This document shows positions 40,158 to 53,419 of a stretch of DNA of 64,000 nucleotides, piece by piece. Where the stretch lies: assembly GCA_013265495.1 (NCBI GenBank), contig MU058844.1, forward strand, positions 5,765,260 to 5,829,259, given 5' to 3'. The stretch comes from Vicugna vicugna. Lineage: Eukaryota. Under the pieces are notes generated by a model, which did not search any database, was not told where the DNA came from, and saw only the letters and a list, made by a program, of their open reading frames with translations. The stretch's first letter is position 1; the number at the start of each line of letters is the position of its first letter. Made by a program: the position numbers and the translations under genes.

Positions 40158-42354
40158 TAGTTCATTAATTATTGATTCATTTTATTACTACAGCCCACAG
40201 TTATTTCCCTAATTGTTAAATTTGTTGCTTTTGTTATCTTTAAGACCCAGCTTAATCCTTAAGTGATCTGTAACTATTTCATTTATGATCATTTGCTACG
40301 AATAAATAGTATATAGCAGAAATCATGCAATAAAACCTGTTTTTTGTGTATATATTACCTTCAGTGGTTAGCACAGTAAAAGGCATCAGTAGATGTTTAA
40401 TAACTTCTGGCCAACTAACTAATCAGTGTCAGATCTTCCCTGCAAATGTGAGTAAGGACAGATGGGAATTGCACTGTCACTGCTGATCTTTCCCAAGATA
40501 GTCATGGTATTTTTCAACTATTTCCATAGAGAAAAATGAGCTCTACAAGGACATTAAGTACACCTATAGCATTAAATGTAACAACAACAACAACAAAATG
40601 CTGAAAATTAGGAAGAAAGAGGGAAGAGTACCACTTAGGGAATATTGAAATGTCATCTACCCTTTCAAGGTTATAGAGATTTTAGCAAGAGAACTAAACG
40701 GTGCCATAAACCTAAGGCTCACTTCACTTTTAGCCCTAATTATAGGATTTCCCATGCATGAATAATATGTAGACGATATGCACTGCAGTCTTCATCTGTT
40801 CCATTGTATCTAGACAACATGCTTGGAAGTGTGGATTCTTCTTACATGCATATGTGTACTTGTACACTACGTACATGTGCATGCATATTTGGTATTTTGT
40901 GTCTACAGCATTTTCCAGTAGCTATATTCTTAAATAATTGCATTACCAAAATGACTGGTAATAACACTTTCAGCCCCAGGTGGCTCTCTTTCCCATTTAG
41001 AAGTGATTACAGAAAGATTGAAAAGATATTTTGCATTCCATTTGTGGTTGTCTTTTATTGAACTTGGTTAATGTAACATGCTCCTGCGATTTTAGGTTTT
41101 TAATGTAAGTGCAGTCCCCTTGGAAATGTTTGCACATAAACGTGGGTGAAACACATGTAGCCACTCTAGTTAAGCTTTCAAAAAGTGTTTTTAGGAAATG
41201 TTTGAAATTGAGGCTTAGGTTATTGTCTTTTCTTAATGTGCATGCATAATGCCTACTAATCATAGCGGGAATTAAACACACCTATATAAAGAAAAGTAAG
41301 CTTTAGTTCTTTTGGTTCAAAGATTTTCTCAAATCCCTCTTTCTCAAATAATTAAATAGAAATTGTTAAAAGTATTTGTCGTCTGTGTGGACAATCTAGA
41401 AACTAAATCTGACTTTGTATATCTTCAAAAGTAAAGGGCCAAATTCTTGTTGCAGAGTCTTGTACTATGTATATAGATTAACAAGCATTTTGCAAATACA
41501 CAAGGAGAGTGAGATTTGATTTAAATTGCAGAGCCACAAATAGCAACCTGTCTTATGTGATTTACCGACTCCTGAGAAATATTTGCTAGATTGTCTAAAA
41601 ATTTCTATCCTCATTTTCTTCAATCCTAATGCCATTAACTTCTAGGTTAGATTACTGATACATTGATATTTTTATATCTGTATGATAAAGTTTCCTGTGC
41701 AATATGGCAACATTACTGCTTTTCATATATAAATAGAGAAAATCAGTCTCCCTAAAAGGCCAGAAACTTTCTGTAGTTTAAAAATTATAGCAGTGACTTT
41801 GACATTTTATCAAATCTATAGAATGAATTTGTATTTCTTAAAGCAAAGTGCTATGCTGCTTTTATTTTAAAATGAAGGAAAAATGTTACATTGCAAATAC
41901 ATGAAAAATAACTGTCTTTAGTATCTTTAAACTTTAAAAATGATGTGGACTAAGAAAAAGAACAACAGTCTTGTTGCACAAAGCCTGCGTATCTCGAATT
42001 CAGAGTAGATCAACATAACCATGACTGTTACCCTTAACTGAGTGCTGTACATCGTATAAATAAAGGTTTGATTTCAAAGTTTCTTTAGACTTTACAACTC
42101 TTTCATGAGCCTCTATTTTGTTACATAGTTATAAAACACATACTTTTCAGGTAAAAAGTGTATTAAAACTGAGGAAATAAACAATTATGTTGCAGAAAGT
42201 GTTATTTGTTGGAATTTCCTCCAATGTTTAATGTCCTAAAATATAGAGTTAGCAAACTTTGAAAATTACTCTTACATGTTTTGAAGACTAGGTTTTCTCA
42301 ATCAAGTTTAACTATAATTGAAAAGTTGAAGCAACATCATATATTATACCTTAG

Positions 42355-42615
42355 TTTATTTGTTTTTAATTGAAGTAGAGTTGACTTAGAATATTGTACT
42401 AGTTTTAGAATACAACATAGTAATTTGACATTCCTATAGATTAACCTATGTATAAAGTTATAATAAAATATTGGTTGTATTCTTTGTGATGTATATAACA
42501 TCTTTGTAACTTACCTATTTTATACCTGGCAGTTTGTACCTCATAATCCTTCTTCTCACTCATTTTGCCCCTCCCCTCACCCTCTTCTTGCTGGCAACCA
42601 CCAGTCTGTTCTCTT
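42355..42615 (-). mobile_element. L1 3' UTR fragment (L1MA/laurasiatherian type)
   Basis: ttttaattgaagtagagttgact, ggcagtttgtacctc, tggcaaccaccagtctgttctct. Confidence 0.8.
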
Positions 42616-42739
42616 TGGTTTTCTCTTTTAGATAGAGATTACCCCAAATTCCACGTTAAGAGTCATTGCTAAATTCATTTTCAGCTTCTTGACTATATAT
42701 ATTTTGAACTTATGGTCATACAGGTACAATCATAATGCA

Positions 42740-43270
42740 TATATTTACTTAAGATACTTTAGCTATCTTACTTGGATGTCAGAATCCTTACATTTTGTCC
42801 AGAAGATCTTACTTGGTTTAACTCCAGCCTCAGATAGCAGCATTCTTGCTTTGCTCTCTATCACACAGTCACTCTCATCTTGCTGCCCTCTCAACTCCTG
42901 AAATTATCATGGTGACTACGTCTTTGCCCACAAGTTTTCTTCTAGCTGGAACACTTTCCATACTTCATCTAGCTAACTCCTATTCATTTTCCTGTTTAAC
43001 ACTCCTCCGAAAGGGCTGTCTGATGCCTAGTCTCATTTAGAGCCTCCTGTTATGCTGCTCAGAGACCCTGTCAGTTTCCCCAGTACTGCTCAGCACAGTT
43101 GTAATTAATTAACTTTTAGTGTGATCACATATTTCTCACATGCATCCTCCGCTAGCCTAAAAGCTCCATAGTCAAGAATTTTATAATTTTGCCCACTAAT
43201 TTTTCCCTTTTTCCCAAAGACTGACCACACATTAGACCATAAATACATGTGGAAATAAAAGAGTAAATAA
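42740..43270 (+). mobile_element. L2 3' portion
   Basis: tctagctaactcctattcatt, agcctaaaagctccat, 3' ataaatacatgtggaaataaa. Confidence 0.65.
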
Positions 43271-43371
43271 ATATAATTTGCATTCTGCTTTGTTCTAGTT
43301 ACAATTATGCCATAAACATTTTGCCATATTTCTAAGCAATTTTTGTCATCACTTTCAAATGGATGAATAGC

Positions 43372-43395
43372 GATGATGATGATGATGATGATGAT
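43372..43395. repeat. (GAT)n microsatellite
   Basis: Directly visible. Confidence 0.9.
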
Positions 43396-45399
43396 AACAA
43401 TAATACTGACGTATCATTTTCTGCAAAGCCAATCTATTATACAACAGATATTTTAGGTTAATTAAATGTTTTGAAATTGTGAATGACATTAATATGAATA
43501 TCTTCATTTATACTGCAGTTTTGCTCCATTTGATTGTTTAAGAAAATTTCCCGGAAATAATAGCTAGTACAAAAGTATGACCTCTATATTGCCACAGATT
43601 GCTTTGTGAAAAGATTACATCAGTTTTCAGTACCATGTGCCAGGGCCTCTTTAAATACTACAAATGGGTTAAATTTTTTGCTGTTGAGAAATTACCTTAG
43701 CTATATGTCAATAGGAAATATATATACATAAAAAAATGCCTTGGAAGACAAGACAGAAGACACAGATAAGAAAATGTTGGTGTTATTGTCTGATGGCTAG
43801 TGTTTTTTTAAGGATATTTGATAGGAAGAAGAATATTTGACTAGTTTAAGGCTGCAGATGGTCTCCAGTTGATCAGTAGTGGTGCTCTGAGTCCCATGTT
43901 ATGGATTTGCTGGCCCTACAGGCTCTCTGCTCCTCTTTAGGGGTCAGGCAACCCTGTACAGTCCTCTGTGTGGTTCCAGACTCCCCACAGAGATGTGTAA
44001 GCTACTGCAGAGGGTTAAGCTTTTCAAATTTTGCACAAATAGAAAAACTATCAGCAGCTGATTACTTCCTTGCTTTTACCCAATTTTATATTTGGCTTGC
44101 CCAAGAATAAATTTATTGAATATAATCCAATCATAACAGCATTTCCTCAATTACATCTGAGAGAATTCCAAAATCCAAAGGTACATAAGGCAGTTTTAAT
44201 GATGCATGCCTTTTCAGTCATTTAAAATAAGTAGTTTCTCTATTAATAAATTTGTTGGAAATCCCCTAGAATGCAATTTGCATTAATGACTTTATTAAGA
44301 AAATCTGTCATCAACTTCAGTTGGTTTTGCCAGGAACCAGAAATGATGAGCCATTTACTAAGGGCAGTTTTAGATAACATTCAGGTAGTTTAGTAATATC
44401 AGTAATAATAATGACTACCAAACCAAGTATCAATGAGATGTGTTCAATATTTTCTTCTCTACATAGAGAAGGGACAGGTTACAAAGCCTAAGAAAGAAAA
44501 AAAATTATATTGACATCTTTTGTGTCATCTGTACTAAAGGTATAAATACTAAAGAACTGAGTATAAATTTTATGTTTTGCTCTGTCACATTTGGTTTACT
44601 CAAAAAAACATAGTTAATTTATAGTTGGCCTGTAGGACTACTAATTGTATACCAGCATTACATCTGGATTGTAATCTTATTCCTTAAAAACAAACAAACA
44701 AACAAAAACAAAATTCACAGAATGACATTCAGGGATTAAATTCAGAAAAGAATTCTGGATTTAATTCCTAAACTCCCATTATTCAGTCTTTACCCTCATT
44801 TCATTAATGCATGTGATTTTTTTTTAAATATGCTTGAACCTAGAATGTTTAAAATACAAGGCTCATGTAATTAAAACTATAAATCTGCAATAAATGTAAA
44901 TGTATGAGCTAGATTATTAAGTCCTGCAAAATTCTCAATTCCAATTTCCACTTATTTCCTGAAGAAATACCTTTAAGATTGGAAGCATTTTTAATTTTTT
45001 TTCATTTTCCAAAGCAAAACACCTATGCTTCTGGTTAAATATCCATAAATCTGTCAAAAAGGTAAAAACAAAACCTATCACTAGCATCATCCAGAGTATT
45101 ATACATCTGAGAAAGATAATTATCTATGAAATTTAAAACCATTTGGAATGTATGATGTACATGATAAGGCATCATGCACCCAGTAAGTTCATGCTGTATA
45201 GAGGAATTTGGGACATTCTGGATTAAAACTAGAAAGAAATACTAAAAATGTTTTCTGAAAATGGTGTTAGAGACTATGGCTACCATTGTCCACTTAGGTT
45301 CCGTTGTTTTGTCTGTCACTTCCCATACTCACTGCATTATAGGCAGTCAATAAATATTTGTAAAACTTGTGATGAAATATATTTCCAAACTAACTATTT

Positions 45400-45545
45400 T
45401 GGTGAACTGTTTGGGCAGGATTCTTGTATTGAAAGAATATTCTACCATATTTTACTTTATCTCCCAGCCATTTTCCTGGCATAGTAGTGGTATAGTATTA
45501 CTATACATAGTAAATATTCAATAAAGTTTGCTTGGTGAATTAAAT
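45400..45545 (+). mobile_element. L2 3' end
   Basis: tttatctcccagc...cctggcatagtag...ttcaataaagtttgcttggtgaat. Confidence 0.55.
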
Positions 45546-48500
45546 AGTAAATAGTCACTCATGTGGAAGATGAGAACATTAGTTGTATGTGGCTAACAAT
45601 TTTTCCTTTCTTTTTAAATGTATGTTAATAGGAAATACAGTTAGGATTGTGTTTGTTTTTAGTGTATCTCTTGCTGGTTTCTCGTGGTTCTCTTCTCCCT
45701 GCCTTTATAGCAAATGCCAGATAGATACTTCATAATGTATGTGGCTCAATCAATATATGTTATTTGAAATAGAAAATGTTATTTATTGGCTTATTGTTTC
45801 CAATCATATGTATGCTAATAAGGTCCATGTGAGAAATCATGTATATAATGCTTTCCCTATATGATCATATACTAAATATGATTTTGGAAGCTTTTGGTGG
45901 TTGTTTTTGGTTTTGTTGTTGGAATTGGATTGCTTTGTTCTTTTAAGACATTCTTTGCTCCTTAGTAAGATTCTGCCAGAGTTTATAAACTTAATTCTTT
46001 TTAGAGGAAGAAAAAAATTTTTCTCTAAATCTAAAATAGCACTCAACAAATATATAAAACAATCTACTTTAGGTCAAACATGGAATTCTTGGGAAAAACA
46101 CAGATCTTAGAAATAAAATTGTCCAGTCAGTGTAAACCACCATCTTTCAAGATTGATATTATTTAACAATTTGTCTTAATGTGATTTTTTTTCAGTACAG
46201 CACATTTTATCTGCATTTACTTAGGGATTTTTCATGTGAAGGGAATGTAAATTAAAATAACATGTCAGGACCTTGGTAACCAAGTCCATCTATATTGTTC
46301 CACTTCTGTCAAAGATATATTAGTAGTAATGATGGATGAAATGAGGCATATATCACTGTCTAACTCTGAGTCCCAATAGAGCTAATGTCATTTAAGTCAG
46401 GATCAACCCAGAAACACTTCAGATCTGTAAGAAATATCTGGTTGTCCAAGTAATTTTGAATATAACACATTATCTGAGTATTTTCACCACCAATGTTCAG
46501 ATTTTTAACAACAACAAAAAAAAAGTACGTTAATGGTAAGATCATTTTCGGTTCAAAAACCATACTTTATTATCATTTGAACTCCCATTCAGCAAACACT
46601 TATGGCTCATTTAAAATTCCCATAAAATAACAATTTAATATTGCAAAAGGGTAAACATGAATATCTAGGTTTGAGAGTACCAGAGACTAAACACTAGAGA
46701 TTCTAAGATTGAAAACAAAAAGTTACCTTGTCTCCTAGCTGTCTTCTTATTGCTTCTTTTAATCCATCTCCAGCTCCTCAGAAATCAACTTAATTGAGAC
46801 TTTTAGGAAAATAATAATAAAGTAAAATTACCAGTTATAAAAAAAAATTTGTCAAAGTGTATTTTTTCTATCCCAGCTTCCAAATTTGGATTGGTGGCTC
46901 CTGCTTTGTGTAAAAAAGTTGATAAAAAATGGAGTTTCCAGGAAAAAAAAAATCAGAACTCTGTACTTGTTTGTCTTAAAGATTTCTCTCTTCAGCTATT
47001 CAAATATTTGTCAAATAAATGGATCCAGAGAACTGAAAATACTTACTTCATTTTGAAACCACTTTGATGACCCTAATATGAAGTTATTAGCATACTGCAG
47101 TGTTTCCTGTATTAATTTTTAATTTTAATAGGTGTTACTTTAAATTGTCTTAAAAAATTACTCATTAAATTAAATCAATTTTTCTATTGTTTTATATTTG
47201 TAACCAGATTAATCATTTGGCTTTACATAACATCTATAACAGTAGCTTAACATAATTTTTTTAGTTAAACAGAAGTGCTTAAAACAACTAGGAAAGTAGC
47301 TGGTGCCACATTTGCTGTGTATCTTTAGCTCCTTCATCTCCTAAACTTTAAAGAAATTTTAATTTACTGTTACAACAAAAACATACACTCCATTCCATTT
47401 CTACATCAGTAAGCATGGTCCTTTCTTTCCTGTATTTAGTATTCAAACTTGTATCAGTATTTGTCCCCTCTTCCACGAATTGTTTTTATTCCAATGAAGT
47501 GTGATGGTTAAATCTTTTAAATGAATATAAAAGACATTCCATATTTTAAATCTTTTGATTCTTTTCTCTGTCTTTTTCTAATTAATTAGGCTGCTTTATG
47601 GTACATATTTTAAGTAAAAAACACTATTCTTTCCAAATATAAGTTTTTATCAGGAAAGGGTTTTTGGAAAAGTATTGTTTGATACGTGAAATTCAGGAGG
47701 AGGTTATCAACTTGGAGATTTAAGTTGCTGATTCCATTAATTTTAGTGCAAAAAGAGTGAAGCTCATAATGGACATGGAGCCTTTGGAATTGACAGTTAG
47801 CTGGTAGAGTAGCAGGGGTCCATATAGTTTCCTATGATTTAGTCTAAAACATAACTCTGTCACACCTCGCTCACACCATCACCCTAAACTAAATGCAGCT
47901 TTTACTGTACTGCAATTTTGGCTGCCTTAATAGATGGTTTTAAAGGACCCACTGTGATTTAGCCTGACTGGAGCAGTCAGGCTGACATTATGTGTCTCAG
48001 AGGAGATCTATGCATAATTAGCTATCTCTACATTTAGAAAGGTTTCACTTTGAAAGATAAGTTTACACTGGAAATTAGGGAGGTTTACTTTCTGTCTCTG
48101 AACTATTTTCTCTCTCTTTACTTTTTCTATGTCAAGTCATCCACGTAGTAAGACCCTCTCTCCTCTGCTTATTGTATTTCAGTGTAGTTTAGATTTTGCT
48201 TCCAGCCCTCTTACTCTCTCTGGGAGGAAATGGTCGCTCCCTCTTTTGAGCCCCACTAATCATCCCCTCTTTGTGACTGTCCTGTGACAGCAGGTTATCT
48301 GTGTCACATGGGTTCTTTCATTGACGTTCTGAACTATTACTTAAGCCCCTGTTTATTAACTTATTAGTCTTATCTCTTATCTTGCTAACTACATTTATTC
48401 TAAACATTTTGAAGGTAGAAACCATGTCTTTACAGAGTAAAAATGAATGTTGCAGATACTCGGTATTTATTTTAATGAATTGCTGAGGGAAAAAAAAAGA

Positions 48501-48999
48501 TGTCTTAGTAAAGAATAAAAAATGAATATGAAATATCCTTCTACTTCACAGTTGGCAATAGTTTGGAAAAATAATAACAATAATATATCTGTGTCATTAC
48601 TTTAGTAGTTATCATTATTTTAGCAACAATAACTTAATTTTCAGACAGTAGTTTACAGTTTGATGCAGAAATCTTGAGGACCATCTTACAATACTGTATG
48701 CCAAAAATATTTTAAAATATATGGTCTATCTTCCCCACTCCTTCTTCTCTACTAACATTCAACTATTCTGCTAACCAGTTATTATTGTTTAAGTCAGAAT
48801 AGAAAAGTAGAAAAAATTCCAAAATTTTATTTGACCAAGTTTACCTGGAAGTGACTGGATTATTTCTTACCTTGTTTAGAATGGATGTCTTAAAATAAAA
48901 AAAAAAAAGAAAGAAAACTTTACATTTATGCACATTTGAGTTTATCAATTATAAATAATATGCCCTCCACACAAGGAATAGTGAGGAGCAATAAAAGTA

Positions 49000-50760
49000 G
49001 GAAATTATTGATGTTATATCAAAGTAATTGTTGTGACATATTTTAAATATTAACAGAAGTTATAGGTGATCTCAACTGGGAATGGGTGGAAGACCTTAGG
49101 GAGCAGGGAACAGGAAGTTACTGTTCTCTTTGGAAATAGTCTATAGATACTGATTAACCTTGAATATTCATGAGAAATCTATTTTTTTTAACATTTTATG
49201 TTTTATAGTTTAACATCCATTAAACTGTAGAAATCATTTGTATAAGTGATTTCAGAAAAATAGAAATCATTTGTATAAATTCTAAATTATGCAAGTGAAA
49301 GTACATACTACCTCAAAATCCTCAGTCTAAAAAAATTAGGAAAGAAAAAAATGGCAAAGAACAACAAATAAATAATAGAAAATAAGATGCCATTGCTAAG
49401 TCCATCGTAATAATAAGCATGAAAGTGGGTAAATTCCCTTAATAACAAATCTTATACTATGACTTTTTAAATTCTGGTTTACACTGTTTTTCTGGAGGAA
49501 TGAATAAAATAAAGTGGCCCAAAGATTGAAGATAAAGGGAAAGAAGACATAACAATAAAATATGATAGAATAAAAGGTACAAGAAGCTACAGTAGTAAAG
49601 AGCTTTATGCCCTCAGAAATGTTTCAAAATGTAGAGAGCAAGTACTAATAAAAATAAAAGGGGAAACTGGTAAATAACAAATCATGATTAATAAAAATAC
49701 TTAAAACACTTCTCATATATTAGTAGAGCGAAAAATACAAAAAAGAGAAAAACTTAGGTGCCCAGTACCTTAGGAGGCTCTTCATTGTGACAATGGCTTT
49801 CCAGCTTCAGATCCACCGAAATTGAGCCAGAGCTTGGACCAGAGGACTGCTAAGTTCTGTGGAGGCCTCGGGGCAAAGAAAGACAAACAAAAAGAAAATA
49901 AGAACAAATCATTTAAAAGATTATCATGAGATATTTGTGAAAATTAACAGTGTCTCAAGCCACAAGATTATTGCAACATATTCTGAAGTACAGGAAACAC
50001 ACCTTTCACGTTTTCTGGCGAAAACTCAGTAAAAAAGAATTAGAAGTTGATGGTATGGAAAAGTAACCAAAAAACATATATACTAAAAATATTTAAAGGG
50101 AAATTCTCTTCTAAATAAAATCTTAGTTTGGATAGAAGAATAGAAAACCCAAGATAACAAAATCTTTAGAAATGAGTGACAAAAAGCTTCAAATAAAAAG
50201 ACTCATGGGATTCATCCAAACCATGAAATAGTTAAGAATAAGCTTCAAAAGAAAGATGCAAGTCCTATATGAAAAAAATTAAATGAAAATGTTGATCGTT
50301 ATTGACAGACATAAAATGATCTTAAAATAGTAAGGCATCACTCATTTGTGGAATGTGGCAATTTTCCCTAAGCATGGATTATAAAAATTTGTTCATATCA
50401 CAAAATTAATAACTATGTTATTAGCACAAGTATAGAAAAAAATTTTAAGTGGATAGAGAATTCTGATATAAACCCTCATATAAAGTACCATATAATTTAT
50501 TTGAAAAGGGTAGAATTTCAATAAATGTTGGTTTATTCTATGAATAGTTTTAAGTGAGAAGAAAAGTTTTCTGTCATTGAACAGTATTTTGGCATTTGAG
50601 TTTTCACAGCTAGATGTCCATGATTTTTTCTGTAAAAAATAAGTAATTTATGGAAAATTGCTGTTAATTTGGAAAAAAAATACCCTATCCTACTATAGAA
50701 GGCAATTCACACAAACATTAAGTGAAATAAATTGCAGCCATTTCAGAATAAATGTAATAC
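49000..50760 (+). mobile_element. Decayed old L1M (inter-ORF and ORF2 pieces)
   Basis: A-rich strand with L1 motifs (aaagattgaagataaaggga, tttagaaatgagtgac, actcatgggattcatccaaa). Confidence 0.6.
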
Positions 50761-50806
50761 ATAGAGTTAAAAACAGCAAAAAGTTATAGATACACAGTTA
50801 TGAAGT

Positions 50807-50932
50807 GAGATAAGTATAGCTCAGTGGTAGAATGCATGCCTAGCATGCACAAGGCCCTGGCTTCAATCCCCAGTACCTCCATCAAAAATAAATAAATAAA
50901 CCTAATTACCTCCCCCCCCAAACAAAAGAAAA
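50807..50932 (+). mobile_element. Camelid tRNA-derived SINE (Vic-1-like)
   Basis: A box tagctcagtgg, B-box-like ggcttcaatcc, then cccagtacctcca, (AAAT)n and cctaattacctccccc. Confidence 0.85.
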
Positions 50933-51448
50933 CTTCAAGAAACATAGCTCTGTACATACATGTGTGTGTAAAAATATATTATATATCCCATTTTTATTTT
51001 ATAAAATCTATGTTTGCACATATTGGACATGTATAGGAGAAGCATTAGGGGGATTAGCTGCAGAGAGGAAGGGAAGGAGGGCTGAGTACTTTAAATGTCA
51101 CCTTAAAGTACAGTAGAAACTGGGATTACAGAAAGCATCCAATACATAGTCTCTGCCTTCTGGTCATTCACACACTGAGGTCACAAGGCAAAGCTACATA
51201 AAACAATGCATGAAATGAAGACAGTGTATGACTGTGCCAGACAGAACCCATCCCACTGGCACTTAATCACGCCTGCCTTGATGGTTCCAGCTTAATATAA
51301 ACTTCCAAGTAGTTGCATCAAAACTTTTCTCCTAGCATGGGGTCCCATCATTTTGGGCAGTTTCATAACTGATAGCAAGGAAGGAACAAAATGACAAGTT
51401 ACCTTGAAAATACAACACCATGGTATTCATGTCCCTGTATTGAAATTT

Positions 51449-51508
51449 AGAAAAGAAAAGAAAGAAAGAGAGAGAGAAGAAAGAAAGAGAGAGAGAAGAA
51501 AGAAAGAA

Positions 51509-51544
<36 letters not shown>

Positions 51545-51818
51545 AGAAAGAAAAGAAAGAAAGAAAAGAAAGAAAGAAGAAAGAAAGAAAAGAAAAGAAA
51601 GAAAGAGGAAGGAAGAAAAGAAAAGAAAGAGGAAGGAAGGAAAGAAAAAAGGAAGGAAGGAAAGAAAGGGAAAGAGAACAAATGAACGAAAGAAAAAGAA
51701 AGAAAGGAAGGAAGGAAGAAAGAAAAAAAGAAAGAAAGAAAGAAAGGAAAGAAAGAAAGAAAGAAGAAAGAAAGAAAGAAAAGAAAGAAAGAAGAAAGAG
51801 GGAGGGAGGGAGAAAGAA
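51449..51818 (+). repeat. (AAAG)/(AAGG)n polypurine tract, about 370 bp
   Basis: Directly visible, with one interruption at about 51679-51687. Confidence 0.98.
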
Positions 51819-53419
51819 TGACAGGCCATGTAAAAGGAGAACAGGGAATGATAAAATGAAATCCTTTTAACTCTTTTATAAGAATATTTTCATCTCATAG
51901 TAGACATTGTCAATTATATTACCTATAACATACAAATACGACTTAAGTACAGAAAATGCTTCTCTTAGGAAATGGCTTTCTAAACACAGTCATTTGAAAC
52001 GTATAGGAAAAAAGTCTGTTAACTGGTACTAAAGTAATTCAGGCAGGTGTTTCTTCCATTAGTATAAGTGTCAAAAGACAGATTGCTGCCCTCTATTTTA
52101 CTAAAATTCTAATTAGAATTAGCTTGGAAATGAAACATCCGATGGTTGAAAAGCAAAAAGGTCTTTTCACGGGAAGATGCTGTAAGAGCAAATAGCACAA
52201 CCAGTGCAAGGTGGATAATGTTTCTTATTTAATAGGTGCCTGGGGTTTCCTATTATTGTAGAATCTAGTTTGAATAAAACGTCTAATGAAATTACTCCTA
52301 ATGATGAAAATAATAGCTAATTTTAAGTGAATTAAAGGTACTCAAACACACTATCTAGTTTCTTTCCTTGTTAAATAGTATCTCTGATAAGTTATATATA
52401 GAAGTATGATGAATGTCTGCATCTATGGCAAGTAAAATGTCAAAGACATACAGTCTTTATTCCTGTTGTAATTTCCAGTGTGCATTTCTGTGAGTATCTT
52501 CCCCCAGATTTTCAAATGCAGTATCTCCATGTCACATCTGTTTCCATTGAACAAACTAAAAAATGTAATAAAATGCTGTACACTATGTTATTGGAAAGAG
52601 TAAGATCTGGAAGGGATGTGGACAATAGTAAATAATTCACATATTGTGTTCGTATCCAGTATTGCAGCATGAGGCCAACTGTGTTGTTACCCTAAAGTCA
52701 CTGTGAAGACGTGCTGGCAAAGAAATGACCAATTCAAGCCAAATTATTTTCTATAAAATTTACATCTGTTCTCCTTCCCTGTACCACTTTCCTCCTACTT
52801 ATAACTTTTAAAATACAACCTTTAAATTAAATATCCACATAATAAACTGTAACACTGTGTGTGTGTTATAAGAAAAGTTGAATAAGCTTAATGCTTGATG
52901 TACAGAAATTAACTAAAAATAGGGCATTAACTTCGATAGTATAGAGATGGAGGGAAAGAGGGAAAAGAGATTCTAGCCAATTTCAGTATTGCTCAAGGGC
53001 AATTAATGATAGAAAATAATCTTTCCTTCCTCTCCCCCTGCAAAAAAAATAAATAATATAAAGAAGAACCTAGAAGTCTTCATAAAAGCATTAGTATATA
53101 GGTAACATCTAGAACAAAATAGGATCATTCCTAAATAATACATTTGCTTATATATAAAATTCTAAAAATAGTTGACAGTATGAGGAAATAGGCTTAAAAG
53201 ACTAGAATAGGCAGCTAAGACTTTGAAACCAGCTAAATATTGTATGTTATAATAAAAAGTAATTAAAAACATTCTTTCAAAATCAAAAGTAACATGGCAA
53301 AAATTAACTTAAATGTAAATTCAGAACCACAGTGGAGGAAACTATTTTAAGTGATTTTCAGTATCCCTAGGAGTGCATTCAGAAAAGGGTTAATGTTTCC
53401 CTCCAAACTCTGTAAAGTA

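Noticed and set aside
41938..42045. Possible C/D box snoRNA (ATGATGT...CTGA)
   Set aside because: The C box is non-canonical and there is no convincing terminal stem.
46727..46780. Minus-strand exon-like stretch (AGDGLKEAIRRQLGDK) ending AAG|GTAACT
   Set aside because: No convincing acceptor, and the peptide is not recognised.
50807..50885. tRNA gene (also at 55547-55620)
   Set aside because: A and B boxes are present, but there is no proper acceptor stem and SINE tails follow. These are tRNA-derived SINEs.
51332..51870. Long ORFs rich in K/E/R or F/S/L (up to 165 aa)
   Set aside because: They are translations of the (AAAG)n tract, which lacks stop codons.
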